The notes below the pieces were generated by a model. That model searched no databases, was not told where the DNA came from, and saw only the letters and a list, made by a program, of their open reading frames with translations. From the NCBI RefSeq assembly GCF_014857065.1, contig NZ_CP046533.1, positions 30,001 through 62,000 of the forward strand: a stretch of 32,000 bases of DNA, read 5' to 3'. The translations under genes and the position numbers were made by a program. Shown here one piece after another: positions 28,910 to 32,000 of this stretch; the stretch's first letter is position 1, and the number at the start of each line of letters is the position of its first letter. This DNA is from Candidatus Saccharimonadota bacterium. GTDB lineage: Bacteria > Pseudomonadota > Gammaproteobacteria > Enterobacterales > Enterobacteriaceae.

Positions 28910-30019
28910 ATGTCACGTAAATATATAAAAGTTATTGTTGGTATGTCTGGTGGCGTTGATTCTTCAGTTACCGCTTGGTTGTTGAAAGAACAGGGATATA
29001 AAGTAGAAGGAGTATTTATGAAAAATTGGGAAGAAGATGAAGATGCTACCCATGGTTTTTGCTCTATTTATCAAGATTTAAATGATGCTCAAAGTGTATG
29101 CAATACGTTAGGTATTAAATTACATACTGTGAATTTTTCTGCAGAGTATTGGGATAATGTTTTTACAGTTTTTTTGTCTGAATATAAAGCTGGTCGTACT
29201 CCTAATCCAGATATTTTATGTAATAAAGAAATAAAATTTAAGGTTTTTTTAGAATTTGCCATGGAGGATTTAGGAGCTGATCTTATAGCTACTGGTCATT
29301 ATGTTCGTCGTATTGATTTGAAGTCTTACAGTTATCTTGCTCGCGCCTTGGATCAAAAGAAAGATCAAAGTTATTTTTTATATACGTTGAGTCACAAGCA
29401 ACTGAAGAATTGTATTTTCCCTTTAGGAAATTTTATTAAATCTGATGTTAGAAATATTGCAAAAAAATTAAAATTAATTACCGCAACTAAAAAAGATTCT
29501 ACTGGCATTTGTTTTATTGGTAAACGTAAATTTCCAGAATTTCTTTCTCGTTATTTACCGTCTAAAATGGGTAAAATTGTTACAGTAAAGGGAGACGTAA
29601 TAGGTAGGCATCAGGGATTAATGTATTATACTTTAGGGCAACGTAAAGGATTAAAAATTGGAGGAATTAGTAATGGTAATGGAAAGCCATGGTATGTTGT
29701 AGATAAGGATTTAATTAATAATTATCTTGTAGTCGTTCAGGGTAATAATCATTCTTACCTAAAATCAAGTAAATTAATTGCGGGTGACATTCATTGGGTG
29801 AGTCGTAATGTATTGGAAAAACCTTTTATATGTACAGTAAAAACTCGTTATCAACAGGCAGATGTTCCATGTTATGTACAACCAATATCTGATAATAGAG
29901 TACAAGTAGTTTTTAATAAACCTATTATAGCAGTTACTCCAGGTCAATCAGCAGTTTTTTATTTAGCAGAGTTTTGTATTGGCGGTGGGGTTATAGAAAA
30001 ATCTTATTCTTTTACTTAA
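28910..30019 (+). CDS. mnmA: tRNA-specific 2-thiouridylase (s2U34 synthesis)
   Basis: The 369-aa ORF is colinear with E. coli MnmA (368 aa). It has the PP-loop [13 protein letters not shown], plus [24 protein letters not shown], and [11 protein letters not shown] (catalytic Cys). Confidence 0.95.
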   Translation: MSRKYIKVIVGMSGGVDSSVTAWLLKEQGYKVEGVFMKNWEEDEDATHGFCSIYQDLNDAQSVCNTLGIKLHTVNFSAEYWDNVFTVFLSEYKAGRTPNPDILCNKEIKFKVFLEFAMEDLGADLIATGHYVRRIDLKSYSYLARALDQKKDQSYFLYTLSHKQLKNCIFPLGNFIKSDVRNIAKKLKLITATKKDSTGICFIGKRKFPEFLSRYLPSKMGKIVTVKGDVIGRHQGLMYYTLGQRKGLKIGGISNGNGKPWYVVDKDLINNYLVVVQGNNHSYLKSSKLIAGDIHWVSRNVLEKPFICTVKTRYQQADVPCYVQPISDNRVQVVFNKPIIAVTPGQSAVFYLAEFCIGGGVIEKSYSFT

Positions 30020-30290
30020 TTTATTATTTGTATAGATATATATTGCTAATATATACAACATTGTGTTATTTAATGATATATATTGATCTAATAGTTGAAT
30101 TTTTATTACTTTATAAGTATTTGAATTTGTAAATAATTGTATTTATTCAGTAATATATTCACTTAATATGTATGTACTATATTTTGTTATTTTCCTATGA
30201 GTTGAATATATAATTGAAGAATGAAGTTTTTTTAGTCCAAAATATGTTTGGAAGTTTAAATTATTTAATTTTTTTTAGGTATTTATTATA

Positions 30291-31679
30291 ATGCAATTAT
30301 CTTGTTTAACTGCTATTTCTCCTATCGATGGGCGTTATGCTGATAAAGTTGATTTGTTGCGTGATATTTTTGGCGAATTCGGATTATTTAAATTGCGTGT
30401 ACAAATTGAAATACGTTGGTTACAAAAATTATCTTTTTGTGAAGAAATTAAAGAAGTTGCTCCTTTTCCAAAGGATGTTGATTCTTATTTGAATGCTATT
30501 ATTGAAAATTTTAGTATAGAGGATGCCAAACATATTAAAGATATTGAATGTACATTAAATCATGATGTAAAATCTGTAGAATATTTTTTGAAAGAAAAGT
30601 TTAATAATCAACCTATTTTAAAAAAAATGAAAGAATTCGTTCATTTTGCTTGCACTTCTGAGGATATTAATAATTTGGCTTATGCTATTATGCTTTCCTT
30701 AACAAGAAAAGATATTTTGTTACCAATTTGGTATAATTTGATGAATGAAATAAAAACATTAGCAATTAATTATCGTGACATTCCTTTATTATCTAGAACA
30801 CATGGACAACCTGCTACTCCATCTACATTGGGAAAGGAAATGGCCAATGTTTTTTATAGGTTATTTCGCCAATATAAAAAATTTAAAAAGATAGAAATAT
30901 TAGGGAAAATAAATGGTGCTGTAGGTAACTATAATGCCCATATGATAGCTTATCCTGATGTAGATTGGCATAAAGTAAGTAAAGAGTTTGTTACATCTTT
31001 TAATATAAGTTGGAATCCTTACACTACTCAAATAGAACCTCATGATTATCTTGCTGAATTATTTAATTGTATATCATTATTTAATACTATTTTAATTGAT
31101 TTCATTCGTGATATGTGGGGTTATATTTCTCTTGGTTATTTTATTCAAAATTCTTCAGTTAATGAAATAGGATCTTCTACAATGCCGCATAAAGTTAATC
31201 CAGTTAATTTTGAAAATGCTGAAGGAAATTTAGGATTGTCAAATGTGATTCTGAATTATTTTTCATCTAAATTACCAATATCACGGTGGCAAAGGGATTT
31301 GAGTGATTCTACTGTATTACGAAATATTGGAATGTGTATTAGTTATTCTTTTATTTCTTATCGTTCCATCTTAAAAGGAATAAAAGAATTAACAGTTAAT
31401 AAAGATAAATTATTTTCTGAATTAAGTCTTCATTGGGTAGTATTGCTTGAAGCAATTCAAACGGTGATGCGGAAATATGGTATTATTGGTTCTTATGAAA
31501 TTGTTAAGGAATTCGTAGTTTGTAATAAATATATTGATCATCAAATAATACAATCTTTTATTGACTCATTAGAATTGCCAGATGAAGAAAAAAACAGATT
31601 AAAAATGCTCACTCCATCTAAGTACATTGGCTATTCTGTTGAGATGGTAGATAATTTAAATAAACAATATTTTAATTAA
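30291..31679 (+). CDS. purB: adenylosuccinate lyase
   Basis: The 462-aa ORF is colinear with E. coli PurB (456 aa). It has the fumarate-lyase signature GSSTMPHKVNP, plus SRTHGQPATPST and NPYTTQIEPHDY. Confidence 0.95.
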   Translation: MQLSCLTAISPIDGRYADKVDLLRDIFGEFGLFKLRVQIEIRWLQKLSFCEEIKEVAPFPKDVDSYLNAIIENFSIEDAKHIKDIECTLNHDVKSVEYFLKEKFNNQPILKKMKEFVHFACTSEDINNLAYAIMLSLTRKDILLPIWYNLMNEIKTLAINYRDIPLLSRTHGQPATPSTLGKEMANVFYRLFRQYKKFKKIEILGKINGAVGNYNAHMIAYPDVDWHKVSKEFVTSFNISWNPYTTQIEPHDYLAELFNCISLFNTILIDFIRDMWGYISLGYFIQNSSVNEIGSSTMPHKVNPVNFENAEGNLGLSNVILNYFSSKLPISRWQRDLSDSTVLRNIGMCISYSFISYRSILKGIKELTVNKDKLFSELSLHWVVLLEAIQTVMRKYGIIGSYEIVKEFVVCNKYIDHQIIQSFIDSLELPDEEKNRLKMLTPSKYIGYSVEMVDNLNKQYFN

Positions 31680-32000
31680 TAATTTCTGTGTTCTATTATA
31701 TGATAAATACTCAAATTAACATCTATTACTGATCTTTATTTAATTGTTTATATTTTAAAGTTGTTCATAAATAATATAAAATATTGTTTGTGAATAGTGG
31801 AATAGAATTTAATTAATCAAAATGTTTCAATGATGCGGTCATATGATTTTATGTTTTCATTAAATATCATCGAATATTTATAGAGATTGGTATGTATAAG
31901 GGGTATATAGAAAAGAATTGATTGGTGATTATGTGAATTAATAGTTAATTTATTTAGGTACATGGAGAAGTTCTTTAAATAAATTTGTAATTACTGATTC

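Noticed and set aside
1-32000. Search for CRISPR arrays, IS or transposase genes, integrases, phage genes, toxin-antitoxin pairs, defence or secretion systems, and for rnpB, ffs or tmRNA signatures in the large spacers
   Set aside because: I found no regularly spaced direct repeats, no ORF outside the 29 housekeeping genes with credible coding composition, and no conserved ncRNA core motif. The window gives no support for an accessory or novel multi-gene system.

Overview
This is a very AT-rich window (by eye about 25-30% G+C). It is gene-sparse: my coordinates leave about 24% of the 32 kb non-coding. The content is entirely housekeeping and comes from an Enterobacterales-derived gammaproteobacterium. 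It looks like a reduced insect-endosymbiont genome (Blochmannia- or Wigglesworthia-like), but I cannot name the species from sequence alone. I support 29 protein genes, all colinear with E. coli core proteins as I recall them: ribA, asnS, aspC, gloC(ycbL), fabI, fabA, hspQ, tusE, pgsA, lpxL, rne, rluC, rpmF, plsX-fabH-fabD-fabG-acpP, pabC, tmk, holB, ycfH, hinT, lpoB, lolCDE, mnmA and purB. There are also four tRNA genes: Ser-UGA, Lys-CUU, Cys-GCA and Leu-UAA. I see no transposase or IS, phage genes, CRISPR array, toxin-antitoxin pair, defence genes or secondary-metabolite genes. I do not find a convincing novel multi-gene system; this is an ordinary core region shaped by genome reduction. Items worth a second look: (1) two adjacent long AT-rich inverted repeats, one a perfect 42-bp palindrome, in the divergent tusE / tRNA-Ser spacer; (2) an LpoB homologue with no lipobox cysteine, next to an intact lolCDE; (3) an RNase E cut to the catalytic half plus a short K-rich, hydrophobic tail; (4) loss of fabF, mltG, yceD/yceF, hflD and glyW from otherwise conserved clusters; (5) tRNA oddities (no encoded CCA, an enlarged tRNA-Ser variable arm, a Lys-CUU isoacceptor); (6) several 0.5-0.75 kb ORF-free spacers; (7) long in-frame poly(A) tracts. 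All homology statements come from my memory of E. coli K-12 sequences and gene order, not from a database search.
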